From NCBI GenBank assembly GCA_965240325.2, contig OZ251227.1:2170001-2234000 (forward strand): a stretch of DNA of 64,000 nucleotides. The letters are read 5' to 3'. A program made the translations under genes and the position numbers. Source of the DNA: Rebecca billardiae RCC1528 (lineage: Eukaryota; Protista; Haptophyta). The notes beneath the pieces were generated by a model. It saw only the letters and a list, made by a program, of their open reading frames with translations. It had not been told where the DNA came from and made no database searches. Shown in pieces: positions 32,777-44,466 of this stretch; positions within the stretch are counted from its first letter, which is position 1; each line of letters begins with the position of its first letter.

Positions 32777-33612
32777 GCGGCAGCGGGCGCAGACACGGCA
32801 CGCGTGGTTGGTCGCATGCTAGACAGCACGTAGTACCCTCCCACGCCGCGCGCCGCGCTCGCCGGCGCCCTCGCCGTGCCTCAGGCCAGCCGCGCACGCG
32901 CGCCGCACCAATGGCCAGCCGTGGCCACGCGCCAGCTGTCGGCGCGCGCGCGGTGCGCGGTGCGGTCCGCGCGGGTCGGGCGCGCGCCCGGGGCGAGGCT
33001 CACGTATGATGGGCGCGCGCCATGCCGCCACGCGCTGCCGCACACGAGCTTGATCACGTTCCACGCGGCTGCTGAAAGGTGCTCGTCGAGCATTCCTCGG
33101 CCATCGGCATCAGAAATGAGCTTGGACAAGCGGCTGTGAGCGCATCAGTGCGAGGAATACGACGACTTGGGGACTCTTGTGCCATCATAGGATTCCAGTC
33201 GTGCACATATCAGTGGTCTGCGCGTGTCTATCGCGCTTTGCTGCCTTCCCATGATCGTCTCAACGTGAGCATTTTCAAACTAGCTTTGCAATGCACACTC
33301 GACAGCATGAAAACGCGGGCGCGCCGACCCATGCGGGCGTCAGCGCGGCGGCACGAGGCGGCATGGCGCGCGCCTATCATACGTGAGCCTCGCCCCGGGC
33401 GCGCGCCCGACCCGCGCCGACCGCACCGCGCACCGCGCGCGCGCCGGCGGCTGGCGCGTGGCCACGCGGCTGGATCTTGGTGCGGCGCGCGGGCGCGGGC
33501 TGGCCTGAGGCACGGCGAGGGCGCTGGCGAGCGCGGCGCGCGGCGTGGGAGGGTACTACGTGCTGTATAGCAGGCGACCAACCACGCGCGCCGTGTCCGC
33601 GCCCGCTGCCGC
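32777..33612. repeat. long inverted repeat (arms of about 265 bp, spacer of about 300 bp)
   Basis: 32777-33041 is the imperfect reverse complement of 33345-33612. The ORF track shows mirrored peptides (AAWRAPIIREPRPGRAPDPR) on both strands. Confidence 0.9.
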
Positions 33613-33667
33613 ATCCACACCCCGCCGCTCTGCGCGTGCCCGCAGAGCGGCCGGGCGCTAACCTTTA

Positions 33668-35269
33668 AGACTAATCAGGCATCTGGGTCAACCAGGTCCC
33701 CTGGCTGAGTCAGCTGCGCTGCCCATCTCAAATGGGCCTCAACGGCGCCGCTGACGTGGCTGTCAGCCAATCAACCATATCACTTATCCAACTGCTGATG
33801 ATCAGCATATGGAATAGAGATGAGCAGACCCTATGCCTTGCCTGCCGCCTTAAGCGGAGGCTTGCATGGGATTAGAGGGATGAGGCATTGCCAGGAACGG
33901 ACGGCCCCTCCGCCCGCATTCATCCTGCCGACCGGCGCTGCGCTGTCGGCAGCAGCCGCGCCGGCCGGGTGTGAGTGCGGGCGTACGCGATGCAGCTGCG
34001 ACTCGGAGCCGCCTGCTGATGCGCTTTCCCTTGCGGCGGCGAGTGCCGCCTCACCCGGAAGAACATCCGGTCCACTGTGAGTCTGTGCACTGCCGGACCG
34101 CGCACGGTCCGGGCACGATGCATGGTGTGCTGTGACCTCTGGTTGTTTGAGCCATCTTCTGATTAGTAAGCTGCCACCAGCCTTCGGTGTTTATCGCACC
34201 AGATTGGGCCCGTGACGAAACATGGCAGCGCCTCGGGACGCGTGGCCGGCGCTGGGGGGCGACACGCGTGGTGCTCGTTTGGCGTGGCGCGGCGTCGGAC
34301 CGGTCGCGCGCTTGGAAGATGGACGCACGTTCACGTTATTCGGGGACTCCCGCATCAGGTCTGTGCACGCGCGTCTCTCTCGCCGCCCGCGCGGGGCTCG
34401 CTTTCACCAGCCGCCCGTGCACCCGCCTCACAATCGAGCCGCTGTAACTCGTTATGGGCGGGAATGGGAGACTAATCAGGCATCTGGGTCAACCAGGTCC
34501 CCTGACTGAGTCAGCTGCGCTGCCCATCTCAAATGGGCCTCAACGGCGCCGCTGACGTGGCTGTCAGCCAATCAACCATATCACTTATCCAACTGCTGAT
34601 GATCAGCATATGGAATAGAGATGAGCAGACCCTATGCCTTGCCTGCCGCCTTAAGCGGAGGCTTGCATGGGATTAGAGGGATGAGGCATTGCCAGGAACG
34701 GACGGCCCCTCCGCCCGCATTCATCCTGCCGACCGGCGCTGCGCTGTCGGCAGCAGCCGCGCCGGCCGGGTGTGAGTGCGGGCGTACGCGATGCAGCTGC
34801 GACTCGGAGCCGCCTGCTGATGCGCTTTCCCTTGCGGCGGCGAGTGCCGCCTCACCCGGAAGAACATCCGGTCCACTGTGAGTCTGTGCACTGCCGGACC
34901 GCGCACGGTCCGGGCACGATGCATGGTGTGCTGTGACCTCTGGTTGTTTGAGCCATCTTCTGATTAGTAAGCTGCCACCAGCCTTCGGTGTTTATCGCAC
35001 CAGATTGGGCCCGTGACGAAACATGGCAGCGCCTCGGGACGCGTGGCCGGCGCTGGGGGGCGACACGCGTGGTGCTCGTTTGGCGTGGCGCGGCGTCGGA
35101 CCGGTCGCGCGCTTGGAAGATGGACGCACGTTCACGTTATTCGGGGACTCCCGCATCAGGTCTGTGCACGCGCGTCTCTCTCGCCGCCCGCGCGGGGCTC
35201 GCTTTCACCAGCCGCCCGTGCACCCGCCTCACAATCGAGCCGCTGTAACTCGTTATGGGCGGGAATGGG
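33668..35269. repeat. 801-bp tandem duplication
   Basis: 33668-34468 and 34469-35269 are nearly identical (one substitution noticed). Identical ORFs recur 801 nt apart. Confidence 0.95.
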
Positions 35270-36960
35270 CGGGCTCAGACGCATTCTGCGCGGTGGTCTA
35301 GTGGTATATGAGAAGGTTGGATGCGGCCGTTTTCTTGTACAGGCTTGTACACACTCACGCGCGTCCACTTGGCTACCAGTGCGCACTGCCTGTCACTGCC
35401 CGGTCGGTGCGCACGCGCTCTGACATCTCGGCTGGGGAGGGATCGGCATGCCGGTGTCACGACGAGCCCGGGCACACGGAACTAATCGTCTACTCCCAAG
35501 CCGCGCGCACCTGGCTGGAAGTGGCTGGCGAGCAAGTTGGAACCGAATGCAATCATGATGGCACTCTACGCTCTGCTCAGCCTTGTCAGTGCAAGCACGA
35601 CGGGAACGCCGTACGCGAGGCGAGGCGGCGCAATGAAGCGCGCCCCGATGGCGGAGAGCTCACCAACATGATCGAAGAGCCCGCCCGCACCCTCAGGCGT
35701 GGCCGCGGGGCGCGCGTCCGGGACCGCCTCAGGCCCCTGAGATTGCCCCGGCCGCTCTGCGAGCATGCATGGGTTCCCCATGCGCAGAACGGTAGCCGGT
35801 AAGGGTGTGTATCGGCCAGCCGCGAGGGCGCACGAGTTGATCGATACCCAACCTCCTCTCACTCGCGGCATTGGGAGTTCGCAGCCCTTACCGCCCTTGC
35901 TCGTTGGAACTTGAGCCAGGATGGATTACTTGAGCCCGCATTTTCCAGCGAAGTCGGTTAATACGGTGCCCCCGATCTCGGCGGGCCGGCGGGGCTGGCA
36001 CGCTCGGCACACGCTCCTGAGCGCTCGCTTCGCGGTGCGGCAGGCCTTCGGTAGACCAGACAGACATGCCGTGACCGCATTACCGGGCCATGCGCGCACC
36101 ACATCCGGCAGTGATCCGCGCTACGTCGGGCCTGCGCGCCGGACGACTGAGAGTGAGAGTCACTGCCGACCCACTGCATTATGCTGCCCCACATGCCCCC
36201 CGAGTCACCTTCAGAGGGCGTCGACAAGCGCAGAGCGGGCGCGCGGGAGTTCGACCAACTCGTGTACCTTCTTGCAAGCACCAGCGGCGAGGTCGCAAGC
36301 CGAACCTTGACCAGCCGCCGTGGAACTTGAGCTGGTCGGGCACCAAAACACCGCATGCAGCCCCGGATGAGTTAGCAGCGTAGTGCGAGGAGGAGGCGCG
36401 GTGCGCGTCCGCGGCCGGCGAGAGGCGTCCGGACCGTGCTGTTTTCGGCCGCGCCCGCGCGCTTCCCGCCGCCGCGGGCCCCGTGTACGCCCGTCGTCGC
36501 CCTCGCCGCGTGGGCGCCAAACCGGGCTCAAGTTCCAACGAGCGCTCCATAGTTGCAATTGATTCCTTTCGTTTGGTTGGCGGAATGAATCTGACTGGTG
36601 GTAATACCAGGAGACCAATCCGGTTTGGCCTAATGAGCCCGTGGCAGTTGATGAAACGATTATGCCCGCAATTAGAGGGTTGGTGGTGACTGAAACTATT
36701 ATTCGAAAACACAATTGGCGAAAGGAAACATTCGTCGATGAGATTTGACCCCCCTTGATGAGATATTGAATATGGGTACGTACGTTGATTTATCGGGTAC
36801 GTCCACCAATCGCGGCGCTGGCTGGATTTCATGTTTCGAGCTGATGCACCGCATCCGCGCATCTCGCACCCTCCGGACGGCGGAGCGTGACCTTTCGGCG
36901 CAATTCATCAACACTCAACTGCCGGCCCCGCCGCCGGGCACACCTGCTCTGTCCGCCGCC

Positions 36961-37461
36961 ATGCCGCCCAACTCCAAGGCGCAGAAGAAGGCCACGAAGA
37001 AGTGGAGCGCGTACAACATGTACGTCTCCGGGGCTGTTGGCGCCCTCTGCGACCGCGGGATGTCCTCTTCCCAAGCGCTGGAGTGGGCTTCCAAGCAGTG
37101 GTCCTTGCTGAATAAGGCAGAGAAGGCGCGCCATCAGCAGGCAGCAGACGAGGCGAACAAAGCACCGAAAGCGCTGAGCGGATACAACGTCTACGTGTCG
37201 AACGAGATTCGCCGCCTGAAAAGCAGTGGCATGAACGGCGACCAGTGCTTCGGGTTCGCCGCAGGCCAGTGGGGGAAACTCGATGCCAAGGTCCAAGCTT
37301 TCTGGAACGACATCGCGAAAGACCTCAACAAAGAGGAAGGCCGCGCCCCCAGGCGGCCCAAGCCGGAACCGCCGAAACCGCCGACCGTCAGCGGCGGTGT
37401 GAGGAAGCCGAAGAAGACGACGCCGACAAAGAAGGCCGTCCCTCCCAAGGGTAAGAAGTAG
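36961..37461 (+). CDS. small basic tandem HMG-box protein with a Lys/Pro-rich tail
   Basis: MPPNSKAQKKATKKWSAYNMYVS..., two HMG-box-like units and the tail PTVSGGVRKPKKTTPTKK. GCCGCCATG start context. AT-richer upstream region with CCAAT/ATTGG motifs. Confidence 0.8.
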   Translation: MPPNSKAQKKATKKWSAYNMYVSGAVGALCDRGMSSSQALEWASKQWSLLNKAEKARHQQAADEANKAPKALSGYNVYVSNEIRRLKSSGMNGDQCFGFAAGQWGKLDAKVQAFWNDIAKDLNKEEGRAPRRPKPEPPKPPTVSGGVRKPKKTTPTKKAVPPKGKK

Positions 37462-38786
37462 CAGCAGCATTGAGAGTACCTTCGGCGACGGACTCGGCCG
37501 CCGCCGCGGACCGCGCCTCAGTCCGCGGGTCAGGCCGACGGCAGTGGGCGTCACGGGTCGCGGGTCAGCCGGTCGGGCAGAAGTTTGCCCAGCAGGCATA
37601 TTTTGCTGGCGGACGTCCGTGCTGACTGCTGGTCGCGCGCCTCATATACTTACTATATAGCTACAGACTTAGTACGGTCCGCGGCCATATTAATTATTAT
37701 CAAACTTCAGCAGGCGGCCCAATCTGGAGATAATCGAACTCCGGGCGGCTTCTCCGCGGTGACTAGCCGCTATCCCTATGCTAGTCTGACCGGTACTGCT
37801 AGCCGTCAGAATCACTGATCAGCAGCCGAGTCACCCGCGGCCGGTCCCAATAATGCGCGCGGCAGATTGAGATTTAGTGCAGGCGACCGTCCCGGACTCC
37901 GCGAGGCGGGCTCAGCTCGGTCACTCGGTGCCGCTGTCAATCCTGTCGAGCAGCAGTAGACAGTAGTTATGACGTGAACGGTTCGGCGCTGCGCCGCCCG
38001 GTTACGAGAGTTGCAGCAGCTGATTGGGGCAGTCAGCAGCCAGGTGACTCAGAAGGCCGCACCGGGGCACTGCATCACTAGCGCGCGCACCTACTGAGGC
38101 CGCGGACTTAAGCACTGGACCGGTGGACTTAGTTAGGCCCGTAGCCCGGGCCGCGGCCGACGCGCGGCGTCAGGCCCCACGTACTATCTATAACCGTGAC
38201 CTTGTGTGACCGATGACGGAATGCTGAGCCAGCTATTGATGATGACAAAAACTCCCCCGGAGCCGTGGCAGCGCCAGTCCCATGAGATTCGTCACGACTA
38301 CTATGACTCACGACAGAGTTAAGTAACTACACTGTCGTCTACTAGCTAGTAGTACGACTACAGTTTAATCAGACCGAGTGCGCGCGATGCAATTGCATCA
38401 CCGGGTCGTCCCGGCCGCGCCGTCTCACAACGCCGCAATCAATGATGATATTATACGGCTCTCTCACTCTGAACGAATGAACTGTACTACTCTCAGGCTG
38501 CTCGTCATAGACGACTCTGAGCAGACTGATGAGATAACTACGATTACGAAAGTCTCTATTCAGAATTGATATCGGGCTGTATGAATCATAAGTCGTGGCC
38601 GACGGTGTAGCCGCATCGGCAGGCTGCTCGCCAGGGCGGCGTCCGGGCGCGGGACCGGCGGGTTGACAGGGGGCGACGACAGCATCGCAGTAGCCTGCCG
38701 GGGTACGCTCGGGAGCGCTGCTCGACGATGGCGCGCGCTCGCACGTGGTCAGAGAAGCACTCGTCGATAGCGAGCACGCTCACCAA

Positions 38787-39746
38787 TCAAGCAAGGCTGG
38801 CGGCGCGTGCGATGGCATCCTTCCCATCCGCGCTCCCACTGGCCTTGCCAAGGGCACCCGCAACGGCCGCCTGCGCGACTGTCTTGACGCTCACCGGTGG
38901 CGCGAGCACAAGCTGGATCGGCCCGGGCGACACGGAGGATATGGCCTTGATGGGGCCGGCAGAGAGGAGGCCGTCGATGAAGCTCCCGTACCCCTCGGCA
39001 ACCCTTGGGGGGCTCGCAGAGAAGTCAGTGCCGCCATAGATGAAGGAGGGCTTGATGATCAGGGAGTTCCCCTCGCCAAACTTGGCCAGCAGCTCGCGCT
39101 CTGCGTCGGCCTTGCCGTCGAAGTACCCGTGCCCAAGCAGCGGCGCCACCACGGGCTCGACCTGCGAGGAGACGCTCACAAAGACGTACCGCTTCACACC
39201 CGCTGCGGCCGCAGCGTCTGCGGCGGCCACGTTCGGCGCGGCGTTGTTGCGCCGATCTTTCTCCTCGCCGTTGCCAAAGATGACGCCGATGCAGGAGATC
39301 ACCGCAGAGGCGCCCTTGAACTGCGGCTCGAGGAAGCCGCCATCGGACGCGTCGCCCGCAACCCACTTCACCTTCGAAGCCCACGGGGCATTGGCCGCAG
39401 AGGCTGGGGGACCGCCGCTGCGGGAGATGCTCACCACCTCCGCACCCTGACCGACGAGCTGCTCGCATACGCGCGAGCCAACGAAGCCCGAACCACCAAG
39501 CACCACTACCTTGCCCAGGGGAGCGGCGACTGCGGCCATGGGCGACGTCGTTAGCGCGAGCGCGCTCGCCGCCGCACTGAGCGAGGCAGCACGGGCCAGC
39601 GGGCCAGCAGCAGTCACGGCGGCAGCACCATTGAAGAACGAGCGACGTGTCACCGCGGAGATGCGCGCAGCCTCGCCGACGGGTGGCCGATGTGGTGCCA
39701 CGAGCGCCACCGCCGTCGTCACGAACGCCACCGAGAGGGCAGCCAT
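38787..39746 (-). CDS. plastid-targeted NAD(P)-binding Rossmann-fold protein (atypical SDR/epimerase)
   Basis: Signal peptide and transit region, KVVVLGGSGFVGS, SISRSG, YFDGKADAE and KPSFIYG. Confidence 0.85.
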   Translation of the reverse strand: MAALSVAFVTTAVALVAPHRPPVGEAARISAVTRRSFFNGAAAVTAAGPLARAASLSAAASALALTTSPMAAVAAPLGKVVVLGGSGFVGSRVCEQLVGQGAEVVSISRSGGPPASAANAPWASKVKWVAGDASDGGFLEPQFKGASAVISCIGVIFGNGEEKDRRNNAAPNVAAADAAAAAGVKRYVFVSVSSQVEPVVAPLLGHGYFDGKADAERELLAKFGEGNSLIIKPSFIYGGTDFSASPPRVAEGYGSFIDGLLSAGPIKAISSVSPGPIQLVLAPPVSVKTVAQAAVAGALGKASGSADGKDAIARAASLA

Positions 39747-39895
39747 GATGAGCGCGACGGCCGGGATCACGCGTTTTCCGGGCAGGACCGCGGCGTCCGG
39801 CTGGTGGCCTTGAAAGCTACCTCAGCAGTACTGCGAGAGACACGCCCGCCGCGAGCCCGCGACGTCGTGCCTGTTCGGGTCGCGCGGCCCGCAGG

Positions 39896-40381
39896 ATGGA
39901 CGATGAGGCGCTGGCGCGGGCGGAGGCCGCGATGCGAGCCGGAGTGAGCGACGTCGACGTCCGCAACCTCGTTCTTCTCGGCGGCGCAGGCGTCGTGCTC
40001 TCCGAAGACGGTGGCGAGCACGTGAGCGCCCTGCTGAGCGAAGGCTTTGGCAGCGGCGACCGCGTGCTGCATGACATCGATGCCCTGCCCGATGGGCTCG
40101 AGTTCCGCGACGTGGTTGAGGAGCTGCGTGCTGAGCGGGCGCTATCGACGGGCGATGGGCTGCTCAGCGCGGCGGCGGCCGCCGCCGCAGCAGCAGCCGA
40201 TGGCATGCCGGCCGTGCAGCGGCGAGGTCCAGCGCTGCAAAACGACGGGGCGGGCGCAGATGCGTGCGCGCAACGAACGGGCTTCATGCGCGACCTTCTG
40301 CTCTCGATGGTGATCGACCCCGTCATCACGCCGTCACTCGACCTGAGTGCCGTCGCTCAGGCGGGCAGCAGCTCCAGATAG
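39896..40381 (+). CDS. hypothetical protein
   Basis: 161-aa ORF with coding-like composition, head-to-head with the NAD(P)-binding gene. No recognised motif. Confidence 0.5.
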   Translation: MDDEALARAEAAMRAGVSDVDVRNLVLLGGAGVVLSEDGGEHVSALLSEGFGSGDRVLHDIDALPDGLEFRDVVEELRAERALSTGDGLLSAAAAAAAAAADGMPAVQRRGPALQNDGAGADACAQRTGFMRDLLLSMVIDPVITPSLDLSAVAQAGSSSR

Positions 40382-40981
40382 CTGAAGATGGTCAGCATGC
40401 CCACTACCATGAGGGTGGCACTGCAGCTGCCAGCTGCCTGGCCCGACAAATCCCAACTGACGCCGTGACGCGGCCCGTGTATGACACGTGTGACAGCTGA
40501 TAATGAACACGTATATCTCTGAACACGTATCTCTGATCGAATATCAGCGAGATCCTATGATCGTCATCGTCGACATCGCGTCGTCAGCACATATACAGTA
40601 TTGATCATCGCGGCGTCAAATTATTCGGGGGCCCCGTTCAGGCGCGGACGTGTCTGCGTGTCATGCGGCAGTACTCACAGTCAGTCGACACAGACACAGT
40701 CACAGTCACACGCGCAGGCGCGCACGCCGGCACGGCGCAGGACTCGAGACATGGCAGACGAGCTTGGGCCTTAGTATTGGCACGTGGCCGAGCCGCCGAG
40801 CAAAATTCTTCCCAGGCGGGAATCGGCATATCGTCATCATATATGTAGCTCGGTGACAAGCCTGCTAGAACAAGCATAGGATTCTGCATCGCGGAGACCG
40901 CCGCCGAGACCGACTCAGACCGAGTCACGAGTGGCCGAGTGGGGCTCAGTCGACTTTGAGTGCTACGGCCCTCAGTCCAAC

Positions 40982-43045
40982 CTACGGCCCCGATGCCCCC
41001 GCCGCCGCAGCGTCGGCGGCCGCCGCCTCGCGCGCGTCGTGCAGCCCTTTGGCCAGCGCGGCGCTGGACGGGTCGAGCTCTAGGCCGCGCTCGTACGCCC
41101 GCACCGCGCGCTGCCAGTCCCTGCCGAGGTGGTGCGCTGCGCCCACGCGCCCCCACCCCTTCGCCCAGTCTGGGCGCAGCCGAGTGACCGCCTCCGCGTC
41201 CTCGAGCGCAAGGCGGTGCTGTCCGAGGCTGGCGTGCGCTGCAGAGCGGTTGGAGAGCAGCGGCGCGCGCAGGCTCTCGTCCGCGCCGTCGTCCGTGCTG
41301 CCGCGCGGCGCGTCCGCGCCGCCCTCCGGGCCCGGCCCGAGCAGCAGCAGCGCATCTGTGTAGTGTCGGATGGCCACTCGCAGCGCGCCTGTGCGCGGAC
41401 GCGCAGCGCACGCGCGGCCGCGCGCGGCCGGTGGGTCCGGTCGAGGTGAGGCGGGCGATGGTGCTGCGCCGGAGGGCGGCGCTCGGGGGCACCGTGCGCG
41501 CGGTCTGGTGGGGCCGGGCGCGCGCGCGCACCGCCGCCGCGCGCGAAGCACGCGTTGCCCTCCTCGCGCGCCGCGGCCGCGCTCTGCGGCACCGGGCGGC
41601 GCGCAAAGCGCACGGCCCGCTCCAGCGGCCCTCTGTCAAGCAGCCCGGTCACGCCGTGGTAGCCGCGCCGCTCCGCCGCGTCGCGCGCGGTGTCGCCGTT
41701 CTCCTGCGCGCACGGGGAGGTGCGCGGGCACGCGGCAGGCAGCTCAGGCAGACCGGCGCGCCGCGCGCGCGCGCGCCGCCCCCGGACGCGCGCGCACGTC
41801 CTGAGCGTCGACGCTCGCGCCGCTGTCGAGCAGCAGCTGACAAACGTCCGCGCGCGCGTGCGCCGCCGCGGAGTGCAGCGGCGTGCTGCCGCCGAGGTTG
41901 CGGCCGAGCACGTCCGCGCCCGCGCCGAGCAGCCAGCGCGCGGCGTCCACGTGCCCGTACGCCGCCGCCCAGTGCAGCGCGCTGTTCCCCAGCAGCCGCT
42001 CCGCCGTGTTCTCCGAGCGGTTGTGCAGAAGGTCCGCGTGCGAGCGCAGCGCGGACTGCAGCGCGCTCACGTTGCCGCCCTTGGCCGCGGCGTGCCACGC
42101 GCGCACGCGCTCGGCGTACGCCTGCTCCTCGCGGCTCTTGGGCGGCTTGGGTGGCGGCGCAGCCGCCGCCGCGGCGGGCGCGCCAGGCCCGTCGAACGCG
42201 CCGCGCTCGAAGAGCGCCTCGAGCTTGCGCGCGCGCCACGCGGTGCGCACGCGCGCGAGCGAGTCAGCGTAGACGGCGCGCTTGCTGGGCTCGTCGCCGC
42301 CGCCGGCGCTGGTGCCGCTCGCGACGTCGGCGTCGACGGCAGACTGGTACGCAGCGATCGCGCCGGGCAGGTCACCGCCCCCCTCGAGCGCGGCGGCCAG
42401 CCGCGCGTGCGCCTTGGGCCAGTCCGGCCTGCGCTCGACCGCCGCGCGCGCGTCCCGCTCGGCCAGCGCCCACCGCCCAAGCGCGGCATACGCGCCCGAG
42501 CGGTTGGAGAGCGCGGCCGCGTGGCCGGGCTCAGCGGCGAGAGCGTCGGTGTACGCGGTGATCGCCAGCGAGTACTCACCGCGCTTGAAGTGCGCGTTGC
42601 CCGCCTCCTTGTGCTCCTCCGCGGAGCGCGCGGGCGCGTCGCCGTCCGGAGCGCGCTTCAGCACTGCCACCATGTCCGTGCGCTCCGCGCGCTCGGCGAG
42701 CTTGAGCGGCGAGTCGCCGTACTCGTCGGCGACGAGCGGGTCGGCGCGCGCGGCGACGAGCGCGCGCGCGCACGCCACGCGGTTGTTCGTCGACGCGCTG
42801 TGCAGCGGCGTCGAGTCGCCATTGTTCCTGGCGTGCACGTCGGCGCCAGCCGCGAGCAGCGCCTCCAGCACGGCCACGTGGCCGTTGGCAGCGGCCCAGT
42901 GCAGCGCGGTGTTGCCCAGGATGCCGTCGGGCGTGCCTGCGCCCGTGTACGCGAGGAGGCCCTCCCCCTCGCGCAAGAGCTGCTCGACCGTCGGAAGGTC
43001 GCCCGTCTTCGCCGCGCGCAGGAAGGCGCGCGGGTCCGCCGCCAT
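40982..43045 (-). CDS. ankyrin-repeat/TPR protein (ANK-TPR-ANK-TPR)
   Basis: Ankyrin motifs GNTALHWAA and TPLHSA; TPR motifs HKEAGNAHFKRGEY and LSNRSAA..WAKGWGRVG. Introns at 41704-41777 and 41389-41531. Confidence 0.88.
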
Positions 43046-43120
43046 TGCCGCGCGATCGAGGCCGGACCAACGGCGCCGGCCAAAGCTGACGTGGCGACGG
43101 CAAAAGAATCGCAGACGCGC

Positions 43121-43978
43121 ATGGACGTGATGCTGGCCGCGACGCGCCTCGCCTCGCGCCGAGGGCTTCGCCGCTGGCCACTGCTGCTCCTCGCCGCCCG
43201 GCCGGTGTGGACCTCGTCAGGCTCGTCGGCCTCCTCCTCCTCGGTCTCGTCTCGGTCGAGCGGCACCGACCCGCTGTCCGCGCCCGTCCGCGCGGTGCTG
43301 TTCGACTTTGACGGCAGCCTCATGCAGAGTGAAGAGGCGCACCGCATCTCCTTCTCGACGGTGCTCGGGCGCGAGCTCGACCACGCGACGTGGTACGGAC
43401 GTTGTGTCGGCCGACGCCCGCTCTCGATCCTCCAGGAGTACCGGCTCGAGGGCAGCCCGCCCGCAGAGGAGCTCCTGGCCCAGCTGAAGGCGGACACATG
43501 CGGCAACTACGCCAAGGTGGTGCCGACCACCGGGTACGAGCAGCTGCTCGACGACCTGGACGGCGCGGGTGTGCGCATGGCGATCGTGAGCTCGGGCACG
43601 CGCGAGTACATCTCGCGCGTCCTCGACAACCACGGCCTCTTCAACCGCTTCGAGACGATCGTCGCGGGCGACGACGGCGCGCTCGAGGGCCGGTTCAAGC
43701 CGGACCCATACCCCTACCTGCTGGCGGCGAGTAAGATGGGCGTGCAACCGGGCGAGTGCGTCGCGGTCGAAGACTCGCCGGCGGGCATCCAGAGCGCGCT
43801 CGATGCGGGCATGCGAGTCGTTGTGCTGCGCAACCCCGCGAACAAGGGCAAGCCCATCCTCGACGCACGCCCCGTGATCGCGCTCGTCGACGACTTCACG
43901 CAGCTCGACCGGACCGTCCTCGCGTGCGCACCGCGCGGAGCGGGGGTGGAGGGCGCGCGCGAGCCCGTCGAGGTGTAG
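43121..43978 (+). CDS. HAD-superfamily hydrolase (subfamily IA, CbbY/beta-PGM-like)
   Basis: Motif I VLFDFDGSL, motif II IVSS, KPDPYPY and motif IV VEDSPAGI. N-terminal presequence. Confidence 0.9.
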   Translation: MDVMLAATRLASRRGLRRWPLLLLAARPVWTSSGSSASSSSVSSRSSGTDPLSAPVRAVLFDFDGSLMQSEEAHRISFSTVLGRELDHATWYGRCVGRRPLSILQEYRLEGSPPAEELLAQLKADTCGNYAKVVPTTGYEQLLDDLDGAGVRMAIVSSGTREYISRVLDNHGLFNRFETIVAGDDGALEGRFKPDPYPYLLAASKMGVQPGECVAVEDSPAGIQSALDAGMRVVVLRNPANKGKPILDARPVIALVDDFTQLDRTVLACAPRGAGVEGAREPVEV

Positions 43979-44466
43979 TGTGGCGGGCTGACTCAAAACA
44001 CAGAGCCGAGTGCCATGGCCCGTGCGTGGCCCGTCCCCGCCTCGCGCGGACGCGTGCATCCTGCCGATTCCTGCCGTGACAAGTCGTAACAAATAAACAA
44101 TAGCGAGCCCGCCGACGGAAGCCAAGCCCATTCAGGCCATTCTGGGCGCTCCGGCGCGAGAAGATTCGCCGTCCGCCAGTCTGGCTGATGGAGATTTGGA
44201 TGGATTCCTTGCAGCTTGCTAGAAATCGGATGGAGGGCCTTCACTGCCACGCCTTCATTCAGTCCTGGTCCTGGACGAGCTGACCATTGAACCTGGACGC
44301 TGCAGTGCGGATCCAATTGCAGCAGCCGGCACGTGTTGTGACTGCGAGGCGTTCAGGCTAGCAGAACCGGATCATGGGGCCGCAGCTCGGACTGATGAGC
44401 TAAGGAGTCAGCGGGGTGCGCGCCGCAGCGCGCGCGCCCGTCTGAGCATGGCCGCCGCGCGTCGGC

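Noticed and set aside
33780-33850. C/D-box snoRNA in the 801-bp unit (TGATGA present)
   Set aside because: No well-placed D box with a terminal stem and no recognisable rRNA antisense element.
35308-35802. 164-aa ORF after the tandem duplication
   Set aside because: Partly coding-like, but with no motif or clear gene structure. At most a captured fragment.
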